Virus record (IMG/VR): IMGVR_UViG_2713896770_000034
Source of the DNA: a virus
Lineage: Duplodnaviria > Heunggongvirae > Uroviricota > Caudoviricetes
DNA: 23,247 nucleotides
Strand: one strand, 5' to 3'
Part shown: positions 16,056-23,247 of the stretch, piece after piece
Position numbering within the stretch: the stretch's first letter is position 1
Layout of the letters: each line of letters begins with the position of its first letter
Program-made: the position numbers and the translations under genes
Notes under the pieces: model-generated
Database searches by the model: none
Seen by the model: only the letters and a program-made list of their open reading frames with translations
What the model was told of the DNA's origin: nothing

Positions 16056-18470
16056 TTAATACAGGTTCCGCCACTTATCATCTTCCTGCAAACGCTGGTT
16101 CCGATAGAAAATACGCAGGCCTGCTCCTGACGGAATGCTGCCGCCGCGAAGGAGTAAATCGACCTCTTTCTCGCTGCCATCAAATCCTCTGGACTTCAGT
16201 TCATAGACGAGCTGCTGTCGCTGATGATCTGTAATTCGCTGTTTGTAGTCTCTACGCCGTTTCGGTTTCACCAGGCGTAACCTTGCAGCCAGTTCCCGGC
16301 GCTCTTTTTTGTTCATACTGTGCAGGTAATCGTGCAATTCCTTGTCATCCATGCGGGTGATATCCGTTCTGGTATCCCCATCAGCTGATTTGTCTTTCCC
16401 TTGTTGGTACAAATTTTCAGCAAGGGGACAGTTATTGCCACGAGTCCAAGGGGCGCAAGCGCCCTGGTCGGCTGCCGCCTCCTGAACGTCAACGGCCTTA
16501 CGAACCATTTTCCACTTCACTGCATGAGTGCAAATCTTGCCCTGTACAATGGGTGACCAGATGCCATAAATACGAATACCGTGATCGCCATAAGCAGTCG
16601 GCTCTTCGTTAATTTCATAAGCTGTTCTGATAAGGTGATATTTGCGGGGAACCAGTACGCCGCCCTGCTTCATGATGTAGGTGGCAAAACAACCAGCATC
16701 AGCAGCAGCCAGGATGGCATCAAGGCGCGGGTTATCCAGTACCGGCGCACCTGCTTTTTTGTCCCCCTGTTGCCTTGCCGCCTGACCAGCCAGCAATCGC
16801 AGTTCACGGTAAGCCTGACGCCCCGGAATGCCAAAGAAGCGGAATTGCTGAACACGATGCAGAGACGCCCAGGCATTAACGTATTCAGCATTATCACGCA
16901 GGGATTTACCCGTTTCCTTGCTGATCTCGCCAGCCAGACCACGCCCGTCAATGTTCTTACTGATGTATTTCGCGATGTAGCTTGTCGGTGTTCCTTTGCG
17001 TGGGTTTATCAGCTCAGATTTAAAGCGTGGACCAGTGTTATTACCCAGTTCCTCGCGGTCTTCACGGATGGCAAACTTACGCAACAATGCAGTAATGGCG
17101 CGGCGGTCTTTTTTGCGCATGAAACACATGAGATGCCAGTGCACAGTACCGTCATGGTGCGGCTCAGCCACCCGCACGCCATACCAGCGCAACCCGGCTT
17201 TGTGCATAGCCTTACGAAATGCAGCAAACATGCCGACCAGATAATCGCTGCTTTGTCTTACCGTCGCATTTGTCCAGGTCGGGTTGGGTCTGCCGTTGTT
17301 GAGCGTGGAATGGAAACGTGACGGACAGGTGATAGTGTAGAAAACGGCGCAGTCACCACGCATTTCTGCGATAAGCTCCAGACCTTTAACACAGGCCATC
17401 ATCTCATTGCGGCGATGTGCCGGGTTGCTGCTGCTGGCGTTTACCACATCTTCCATATCCAGCGTGTCGCCGTCTTCGTTCACCAGTTCATGAGAACGGA
17501 AAAACTCCAGCGACTTACGGCGCTGCTCACGTTTATGCGTCACGGCTTCATAGCTGACATAGGGAGATGCTTTTTTGCTGACCAGGCAGACAGCACGCAA
17601 CTGCTCTTCCCGCCATTCGCAACGCATCTTCCACAATTTTCGATACCACCAGTCGGCGCAAAGCATACGTGCCAGCGAACCCGGTATGAGTTCATAGGGC
17701 ACGGGTTTGCGGCGGTTTCTTTTCCGGCGGAGTTGCTCAAACGCAGGCGGGATAACATCCAGTCGCAGGGTTTCCGCTGCCACCTTTTCCCATGTCTTGC
17801 GGATTTCTTCTGGCTTAACGTCATCGGTGGCATATAAATCGCCACAAGCGGCATCAAGGCACATGCTCATATGCGCAGCTACCAGGGTGGACAGGCGTTT
17901 TACCTGATCCTGACTCATTTCAGGCAGGATCAGCAGGCCCTCAAGCCCTTGATGGCTTGCCATAAAACGGAAAGAAGCGGATAGCTGACTGTCGCGTACA
18001 CAATCCAGTCGCTCCAGACATGGCTTAATCGTCTCACGCAAATAGCGGGAATAAGCCTTTGGCCTGCCCAGGCTGCTGAAGTATTCGATACGTTGCATCA
18101 GCGGCTTGCTGATGTGGGTAGGCTGGGCGCTGACATCTGCCAAAATGACCATGTCCGGGTTAAAAAGCTGCTGCTCATGCGCAAGCTTTGCGCGGCTAAT
18201 GAGCTTATCCTGCTCCATTTCGCGCTGGACAGGATCACGGGATTCATTAAAGAAATAACGCTCCCAGACCTGCTCACTCAGTGCCTCGCGGCGCAGTTGT
18301 TCCTGCTCGTTATCGGCAGCATACAGAGTGATCAGGTTTGAAAGTGCAGACTCCGGCGCAAATTCCGCCGGGTCCAGATAAGGGTTAATGGCCTTTTTCG
18401 GGCCGTTCCATGAAAATGATGCAGCGGCCTCGTTAAAGCCGCTAGAGTTGCTCATATCGTCATGACTCAT
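16056..18470 (-). CDS. A: Replication initiation protein A (P2 gpA-type rolling-circle endonuclease)
   Basis: 804-aa ORF containing TVHWHLMCF (HUH-like) and SYIAKYISK (paired tyrosine) motifs; start overlaps the Dam stop. Confidence 0.9.
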   Translation of the reverse strand: MSHDDMSNSSGFNEAAASFSWNGPKKAINPYLDPAEFAPESALSNLITLYAADNEQEQLRREALSEQVWERYFFNESRDPVQREMEQDKLISRAKLAHEQQLFNPDMVILADVSAQPTHISKPLMQRIEYFSSLGRPKAYSRYLRETIKPCLERLDCVRDSQLSASFRFMASHQGLEGLLILPEMSQDQVKRLSTLVAAHMSMCLDAACGDLYATDDVKPEEIRKTWEKVAAETLRLDVIPPAFEQLRRKRNRRKPVPYELIPGSLARMLCADWWYRKLWKMRCEWREEQLRAVCLVSKKASPYVSYEAVTHKREQRRKSLEFFRSHELVNEDGDTLDMEDVVNASSSNPAHRRNEMMACVKGLELIAEMRGDCAVFYTITCPSRFHSTLNNGRPNPTWTNATVRQSSDYLVGMFAAFRKAMHKAGLRWYGVRVAEPHHDGTVHWHLMCFMRKKDRRAITALLRKFAIREDREELGNNTGPRFKSELINPRKGTPTSYIAKYISKNIDGRGLAGEISKETGKSLRDNAEYVNAWASLHRVQQFRFFGIPGRQAYRELRLLAGQAARQQGDKKAGAPVLDNPRLDAILAAADAGCFATYIMKQGGVLVPRKYHLIRTAYEINEEPTAYGDHGIRIYGIWSPIVQGKICTHAVKWKMVRKAVDVQEAAADQGACAPWTRGNNCPLAENLYQQGKDKSADGDTRTDITRMDDKELHDYLHSMNKKERRELAARLRLVKPKRRRDYKQRITDHQRQQLVYELKSRGFDGSEKEVDLLLRGGSIPSGAGLRIFYRNQRLQEDDKWRNLY

Positions 18471-19324
18471 ACACGCACCTCGTACACAGCAGAACTATCT
18501 ACGCCACGCGAAGGATCAAATCCCACCCAGCAGCGCGCCCCGGAAACAGCAATGATTTCTGTTGCAGATTTACTATCACCAGCTGCCACACCGATGCTGC
18601 GTTTTGCCTTGATGTAGTGGTGAGTAAAATTGCGATACAGCGAACGGATCAGGGATGTGTCACTGTTAGAAACAATGACCGGATGTCCTTCTGATGACCG
18701 ATGTTCAAGAACAGATGCCAGGTGATACTGGTCATCTTCAGTGAAGCCGTCAGTGTGATAGCCGGAAAACGTACCGTCATACGGCGGATCGCAATACACC
18801 ACATCCCCCGCCTTCAACATCGCCAGCGTTTCATCAAAGCTGGCGCAGATAAACGTTGCTCGCTGGGCCTTTTCTGCAAATGCGCGAATTTCTTTTTCAG
18901 GGAAATACGGATTTTTATAATTACCGTAGGGAATGTTGAAATGCCCGCTCTTGTTATAGCGACATAAACCACGGTAACCGTGACGATTGAGATACAGGAA
19001 ATATACCGCTTTCATGAAATCAGTAATTTCAGTTGAGTAATTAAACTCCTGCCTTATGTTGTAATAAGCCACCTCCCTGTTTGCGATCTCAAATAAAACT
19101 CTGGCGCGAGATATAAACGATTCACAATCAGCGGCAACCTTTTTATAGAGGTTGATTAAATCAGGATTAATATCCGCAACCAGATAGCTGGGATAATCCG
19201 TCTCCATCATCACAGCACAGGACCCCGCGAAAGGTTCAACCAGTCGCGGGCCAGCAGGAAGATGTTTTTTCAGTTCGGACATAATGGCGGTTTTATTTCC
19301 CGCCCATTTCAGGATGGTGCTCAT
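18467..19324 (-). CDS. dam: DNA adenine methyltransferase (Dam family)
   Basis: Track ORF 18467..19384; ATG at 19324 ([11 protein letters not shown]...) with GGAGGTG Shine-Dalgarno, 285 aa; motifs FAGSCAV (AdoMet binding) and DPPY (catalytic). Confidence 0.9.
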   Translation of the reverse strand: MSTILKWAGNKTAIMSELKKHLPAGPRLVEPFAGSCAVMMETDYPSYLVADINPDLINLYKKVAADCESFISRARVLFEIANREVAYYNIRQEFNYSTEITDFMKAVYFLYLNRHGYRGLCRYNKSGHFNIPYGNYKNPYFPEKEIRAFAEKAQRATFICASFDETLAMLKAGDVVYCDPPYDGTFSGYHTDGFTEDDQYHLASVLEHRSSEGHPVIVSNSDTSLIRSLYRNFTHHYIKAKRSIGVAAGDSKSATEIIAVSGARCWVGFDPSRGVDSSAVYEVRV

Positions 19325-19548
19325 ACAACACCTCCGTTGTAATGTTTGCCTTTCAGCTCTGCGATTTCCTGACAGGTAATGCAAAGCTGCACTCCAGGAA
19401 TGGCACGGCGGCGTGCTGGCGGAATTGGCGCTTCACATTCAATACAAAGCACGCGAGACACGCCCGGTGTTTTGGCACGGGCAGCACGGATATGGCGCTG
19501 GCGTTCTTCTTCAACGCGCTGCTGTACGAGATCCATTGCATCAGCCAT
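19321..19548 (-). CDS. TraR/DksA-family C4 zinc-finger protein
   Basis: 75-aa ORF with CIECEAPIP ... CITCQ (CxxC-N17-CxxC) and a basic N-terminus; stop overlaps the Dam start. Confidence 0.8.
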   Translation of the reverse strand: MADAMDLVQQRVEEERQRHIRAARAKTPGVSRVLCIECEAPIPPARRRAIPGVQLCITCQEIAELKGKHYNGGVV

Positions 19549-19781
19549 TAGTGGATCTCCTGCGCTTCGCTCTGGATTGCTTCAGCGGTCACACGCAGCA
19601 GTTCTGCTGCTTCGACGTGGTTTAGCTGGCGGGATGTGATATGACACGCCAGGCTATCAAGGCGAGCTGCCATTGCTTCAGCCCTTGCCCGGCGTTCTTC
19701 CAGACGAGCCTCTGTCAGTAAAATATTAAGCCCTGCGTCATCCGGTCCAGTTTTAGTCGTGAGGGTTTCAATATTACGCAT
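19548..19781 (-). CDS. Hypothetical early protein (possibly DUF2732-like)
   Basis: Track ORF starts at TTG 19787; ATG at 19781 with AGGAG Shine-Dalgarno, 77 aa; family assignment from memory only. Confidence 0.55.
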   Translation of the reverse strand: MRNIETLTTKTGPDDAGLNILLTEARLEERRARAEAMAARLDSLACHITSRQLNHVEAAELLRVTAEAIQSEAQEIH

Positions 19782-19848
19782 AATCAATTCTCCTGAATTT
19801 AGATAAAGGGATGCCCGGCGGGTTTACGCCATTAATTTCATTAGTTGG

Positions 19849-20190
19849 TTAATTCGGCATGGTTAGCCGTCTGGGAAATAAGCTCACCACTGCACGAAAA
19901 TGATTCATTGCTTTAATCAACTCCCGCTTTTCGTCAGTGGTCAGCTCATTAATGCTGATGCTATGACGTTCAGCTGGAATTTTTGCCATAAAGAATATGG
20001 CAGCCAGTGCCCTTTTATTTTGTTCATTATTGATATCCCATGGATCACGCATATCTTTAATAAACCGCTCAAGCTCTGACTCAATATTCAGGCCAAAAAC
20101 TTTCGCCCTTAATTCCGCAATGTGATTAAGTCCATTCAGGCGTTCACCGGGGCTTAATGGAACAGTCGCCGCAGTGCCTTCAATAGCCAT
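19849..20190 (-). CDS. Hypothetical early protein
   Basis: 113-aa ORF with GGGGGA Shine-Dalgarno before ATG 20190; no family recognised. Confidence 0.55.
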   Translation of the reverse strand: MAIEGTAATVPLSPGERLNGLNHIAELRAKVFGLNIESELERFIKDMRDPWDINNEQNKRALAAIFFMAKIPAERHSISINELTTDEKRELIKAMNHFRAVVSLFPRRLTMPN

Positions 20191-20354
20191 TTGTTCCCCC
20201 GTTTTTTCGTAGATAGTTCTGCCAGCAATTCATCTTGTGAACGGCACGGATGCCAGCGTTTACCATCCTCACCCATGATCCAGCCGTGACCGTAGTGCAT
20301 TGCCGGGCTTTGTTTTACCAGCAGCGATGCAAATGATGGTTCTTTCGTCAGCAT
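20154..20354 (-). CDS. Hypothetical small early protein (position of 186 fil)
   Basis: Track ORF 20154..20384; ATG at 20354 with GAGGTG Shine-Dalgarno sits just after the cII stop; 66 aa. Function not recognised. Confidence 0.45.
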   Translation of the reverse strand: MLTKEPSFASLLVKQSPAMHYGHGWIMGEDGKRWHPCRSQDELLAELSTKKRGNKWLLKALRRLFH

Positions 20355-20361
20355 AAGCACC

Positions 20362-20871
20362 TCACAGCAAACCGAATGAAGCACCGAGGCCAGTCACGGT
20401 ATCAACTGCACTCGCCATCGCAGGATTAGCCTGTAAACGGGCCTGCAATGAAACAGCCGCCAGCGCCATCAGTCGTGTTACAGAGTTAATGCTGCTGATA
20501 GCATCACGACGACCGGCACAGGTTTTTACATCGCCAGATACCGCACCTGCAGCAACACGCCCGATCTCTGCGGTTGCACTCATGACGTAATGTGGCAGTT
20601 TCTCTTTTGCCACCTCATTAATCGGTACACATGGCAGACAATGAATCTGTGCCAGAAAACCATCTACCAGCGTTGAATCTTCAGTCAGATCGGTAAGCAG
20701 CCAGATTTCTGGTGCGGTTAATAAATGAGGTTGAGCTGGGTTCAGCTTGTTCCGCAGAATCTGCACATTCATGCCAGCACGTTCTGCCAGTTGCACCAGG
20801 TTGTGGCGCAATGCGAATGCACGACAGGCTTCATCAAAATGTGGATGTTTGGAAACTTGGTAATCAAACAT
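20362..20871 (-). CDS. cII: 186-type CII transcriptional activator (lysogeny establishment)
   Basis: Track ORF begins at TTG 20877; ATG at 20871 gives 169 aa starting [19 protein letters not shown]..., matching my recollection of coliphage 186 CII (169 aa) at both termini (..GLGASFGLL). Confidence 0.85.
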   Translation of the reverse strand: MFDYQVSKHPHFDEACRAFALRHNLVQLAERAGMNVQILRNKLNPAQPHLLTAPEIWLLTDLTEDSTLVDGFLAQIHCLPCVPINEVAKEKLPHYVMSATAEIGRVAAGAVSGDVKTCAGRRDAISSINSVTRLMALAAVSLQARLQANPAMASAVDTVTGLGASFGLL

Positions 20872-20903
20872 GGTCAATGCCTCTGATGTATCTCAGAATC
20901 GAA

Positions 20904-21125
20904 CTAATTAAGGTTTAGATTGCATTCTGAAAGCGCATCAACGGTCATTGCTGCTATGTTGATCATCACTTTTTCGCGTTTTTTATCTTTGCGCAGACGG
21001 TGACGGATAAGGCGTCCATCAGCCAACATGTCATTGATGGTATCGATGGATAGCCCTGTCAGCTCGCTATAGCGTTCAATAGTCACATGAGGCGTGGTAA
21101 GAGTGATTGAAATGTTAGGTCTCAT
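20904..21125 (-). CDS. Apl/Cox-like small DNA-binding protein (excisionase/lytic-promoter regulator)
   Basis: 73-aa ORF with helix-turn-helix-like segment [24 protein letters not shown]; first gene of the early operon, divergent from cI as apl is in 186. Confidence 0.55.
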   Translation of the reverse strand: MRPNISITLTTPHVTIERYSELTGLSIDTINDMLADGRLIRHRLRKDKKREKVMINIAAMTVDALSECNLNLN

Positions 21126-21250
21126 GATGCAACATTCCTCGTTTAATGATGATTAATCAGGACGAATACGGATCGTTTGTATTTTGTGAACACCATAAAC
21201 ATACGATCGCACAGTGAAATCGTCAAGATAAAAGTTCACTTGGAGTGACC
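21126..21250. promoter_or_regulatory. Immunity switch region between the Apl-like gene and cI (expected lytic/lysogenic promoters and operators)
   Basis: About 120-bp AT-rich intergenic region between divergent regulator genes; individual promoters and operators not resolved by eye. Confidence 0.4.
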
Positions 21251-21820
21251 ATGAATTTGGAGAAAGGCGGACGAGGCGCTATAGAGCGCATGGTAGAAGC
21301 TTATGGATTCAAGACTCGACAGGCGTTGTGCGATCATTTAGGAATCTCTAAAAGTACACTCGCCACACGCTACATGCGTGACTCATTCCCAGCAGAATGG
21401 GTAATCCAGTGCGCCCTTGAAACAGGCACCTCGCTTAATTGGCTCACAACCGGGCATGGTTCAAAGCAAACTTCAGGTAATACAAATACTATGGAAGTTG
21501 CTAAATATGTATTATCTGATGGGGCCTTGTGTGAAGACGGTTTTTATATTTTCGATAGAGAATTTCTACCGTCGGCATTCAAGAATCTTTTTGTAATCAC
21601 AGATAATAATTCTGAATTTATTTGTGATAAGGAATTTGATGATATACGTGATGGTAAATGGGTAATAAGTATTGATGGCGAAATAACGATCCGTGACATT
21701 ACTCGTTTACCCGGTGGAAGAATCTTCGTCGAGGGTGGAAACAGAGCCTTCGAATGCAAGATAGAAGACATTGAAATAATTGGTAAAATTATAAGTTTAA
21801 CAGTCAAGTATGTTAAATAG
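21251..21820 (+). CDS. cI: 186-type CI immunity repressor
   Basis: Track ORF begins at GTG 21245; ATG at 21251 with GGAG Shine-Dalgarno, 189 aa; N-terminal ..VEAYGF..HLGISKSTLATRY..CALETGTSLNWLTTG resembles 186 CI (192 aa). Confidence 0.8.
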   Translation: MNLEKGGRGAIERMVEAYGFKTRQALCDHLGISKSTLATRYMRDSFPAEWVIQCALETGTSLNWLTTGHGSKQTSGNTNTMEVAKYVLSDGALCEDGFYIFDREFLPSAFKNLFVITDNNSEFICDKEFDDIRDGKWVISIDGEITIRDITRLPGGRIFVEGGNRAFECKIEDIEIIGKIISLTVKYVK

Positions 21821-21835
21821 TACCGGGAGGAAATT

Positions 21836-22027
21836 ATGCTTGGTAAGGTATTTTTTGTGGTTTTGTCATGTTCTTTGTTATTAAACCCACTAGCTACCTA
21901 TGCTAGAAATTATCCCTGCTCAGGGAAAAAGGGAGGTGTTTCTCACTGTACCTCTGATGGCAAATTCGTTTGCAATGATGGAACTATTAGTAAATCCAAA
22001 AAAATCTGTACTAAAAACTCACGATAA
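21836..22027 (+). CDS. Small secreted cysteine-rich protein (63 aa), candidate lysogeny-expressed moron
   Basis: Strong GGGAGG Shine-Dalgarno 6 nt before ATG; N-terminal hydrophobic signal-like segment ([19 protein letters not shown]) then a Lys/Cys-rich mature part with 5 Cys; AT-rich; between cI and int. Confidence 0.55.
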   Translation: MLGKVFFVVLSCSLLLNPLATYARNYPCSGKKGGVSHCTSDGKFVCNDGTISKSKKICTKNSR

Positions 22028-22215
22028 CTTTTGCTTTTATATCTGCGCCTAAAATAAAAATGAGCCACAGGTTAACCGCAAAAGTTACATGCTCACATAG
22101 CAAAAAGAATAGCCTACTTCATTATGGCTTCAGTGAGATGTATGGTCGCAGGATTTCATACATTGACACTGGTTATACATACAGTAAAAATGCTCTCTAT
22201 TGGAGGGCATTTTTT

Positions 22216-23247
22216 ATGGCTGTACGAAAACTCACCACAGGAAAATGGCTTTGCGAATGTTACCCCGCCGGACGTAGTGGGCGTCGTGTGCGTAAACAAT
22301 TCGCCACCAAAGGCGAAGCACTGGCTTTTGAGCGTCACACGATGGAAGAAACCGAAGCAAAGCCCTGGCTGGGTGAATCAGTGGATCGTCGAACACTGAA
22401 AGACGTGGTTGAGCTATGGTTCAAACTACATGGTAAATCACTGACTGCTGGGCAGCATGTCTATGACAAATTGCTGCTGATGGTTGACGCTCTGGGCAAT
22501 CCCCTTGCAACTGATCTCACATCTAAAATGTTTGCCCACTATCGAGATAAACGCCTGACAGGTGAGATCTACTTCAGCGAGAAATGGAAGAAAGGAGCAA
22601 GCCCGGTCACCATTAACCTGGAGCAAAGCTATCTAAGTAGTGTTTTTAGCGAACTATCCCGCCTGGGCGAATGGTCGTATCCGAACCCACTGGAGAACAT
22701 GCGAAAATTCACCATCGCAGAAAAAGAGATGGCATGGCTTACCCATGAGCAGATTGTTGAATTGCTGGCTGATTGCAAACGTCAGGACCCAATTCTGGCA
22801 CTGGTAGTTAAGATATGCTTAAGCACAGGCGCACGTTGGCGTGAAGCCGTAAATCTTACCCGCTCACAGGTGACCAAATACCGAATTACCTTTGTAAGAA
22901 CGAAGGGGAAGAAAAACAGAAGCATCCCTATCAGTAAAGAGCTTTACGAAGAGATCATGGCGCTTGATGGGTTCAATTTCTTTACAGACTGCTATTTTCA
23001 ATTTTTATCCGTGATGGAAAAAACGTCTATCGTGCTCCCTCGCGGTCAACTGACACACGTTCTGCGCCATACGTTTGCGGCGCACTTCATGATGTCGGGT
23101 GGAAATATCCTGGCCTTACAAAAAATTCTCGGGCATCACGATATAAAAATGACTATGCGTTACGCACATCTGGCACCGGATCACCTGGAAACTGCATTAC
23201 GGTTTAATCCGCTGGCAACACTACCAACATCAATAGCAAGTTTTTGA
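22216..23247 (+). CDS. int: Tyrosine integrase (P2/186-type)
   Basis: Track ORF 22060..23247; ATG at 22216 preceded by GGAGGG gives 343 aa MAVRKLTTGKWLCECYP...; C-terminal catalytic signature HVLRHTFA ... MRYAHL (HxxR and Tyr nucleophile). Stop codon is the last 3 nt of the window, so attP/attL lies just outside. Confidence 0.9.
   Translation: MAVRKLTTGKWLCECYPAGRSGRRVRKQFATKGEALAFERHTMEETEAKPWLGESVDRRTLKDVVELWFKLHGKSLTAGQHVYDKLLLMVDALGNPLATDLTSKMFAHYRDKRLTGEIYFSEKWKKGASPVTINLEQSYLSSVFSELSRLGEWSYPNPLENMRKFTIAEKEMAWLTHEQIVELLADCKRQDPILALVVKICLSTGARWREAVNLTRSQVTKYRITFVRTKGKKNRSIPISKELYEEIMALDGFNFFTDCYFQFLSVMEKTSIVLPRGQLTHVLRHTFAAHFMMSGGNILALQKILGHHDIKMTMRYAHLAPDHLETALRFNPLATLPTSIASF

Noticed and set aside
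16581-17321. 246-aa plus-strand ORF and other ORFs inside replication gene A
   Set aside because: Antisense to the 804-aa A gene, which carries the recognisable rolling-circle initiator motifs.
22060-22215. N-terminal extension of the integrase ORF (395-aa version)
   Set aside because: The integrase start MAVRKLTTGKW at 22216 has a strong GGAGGG Shine-Dalgarno and gives a typical 343-aa length; the upstream open frame is probably untranslated leader.
1-23247. Insertion sequences or transposases within the prophage
   Set aside because: No ORF resembles a transposase and no terminal inverted repeats flanking a cargo block were seen; the cargo appears to be carried within the phage hotspot itself.

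Overview
The window is almost entirely a P2/186-type (Peduovirus-like) temperate prophage of an enterobacterial host, read here from the tail-fibre gene to the integrase stop codon. All calls rest on reading the six-frame ORF track and the sequence by eye, with protein families recognised from memory; no database search or computation was run. Left to right: (1) minus-strand late operons in P2 order: tail fibre H (5' part, runs off the window start), baseplate I-J-W-V, tail completion S and R, a lysis cassette (spanins, LysA-like protein, SAR-type endolysin, small holin), X, head completion L, small terminase M, capsid N, scaffold O; (2) divergent late promoter region, then terminase ATPase P and portal Q on the plus strand; (3) an accessory island straddling a P2/186-type cos site, carrying a 223-aa orphan gene and a strongly AT-rich 525-aa gene; (4) a LexA-box-controlled small-gene plus DinI-like module; (5) the minus-strand early operon: Apl/Cox-like, 186-type CII, small ORFs, TraR/DksA-like zinc finger, Dam methyltransferase, replication protein A; (6) 186-type CI repressor, a small AT-rich secreted-protein gene and a tyrosine integrase on the plus strand. 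The best candidate for a new system is the 525-aa ORF (13605..15182, minus): helical repeats at the N-terminus and a single R-N-x-x-x-H (HEPN-like) motif near the C-terminus, sitting where P2 carries its exclusion genes old and tin. Coordinates of motifs located by hand may be off by 1-2 nt; I found one unexplained 1-nt disagreement between my position counting and the ORF track around 8510-8530. Where I moved a start codon, the ORF track begins at a GTG/TTG or at an upstream ATG that overlaps the neighbouring gene.
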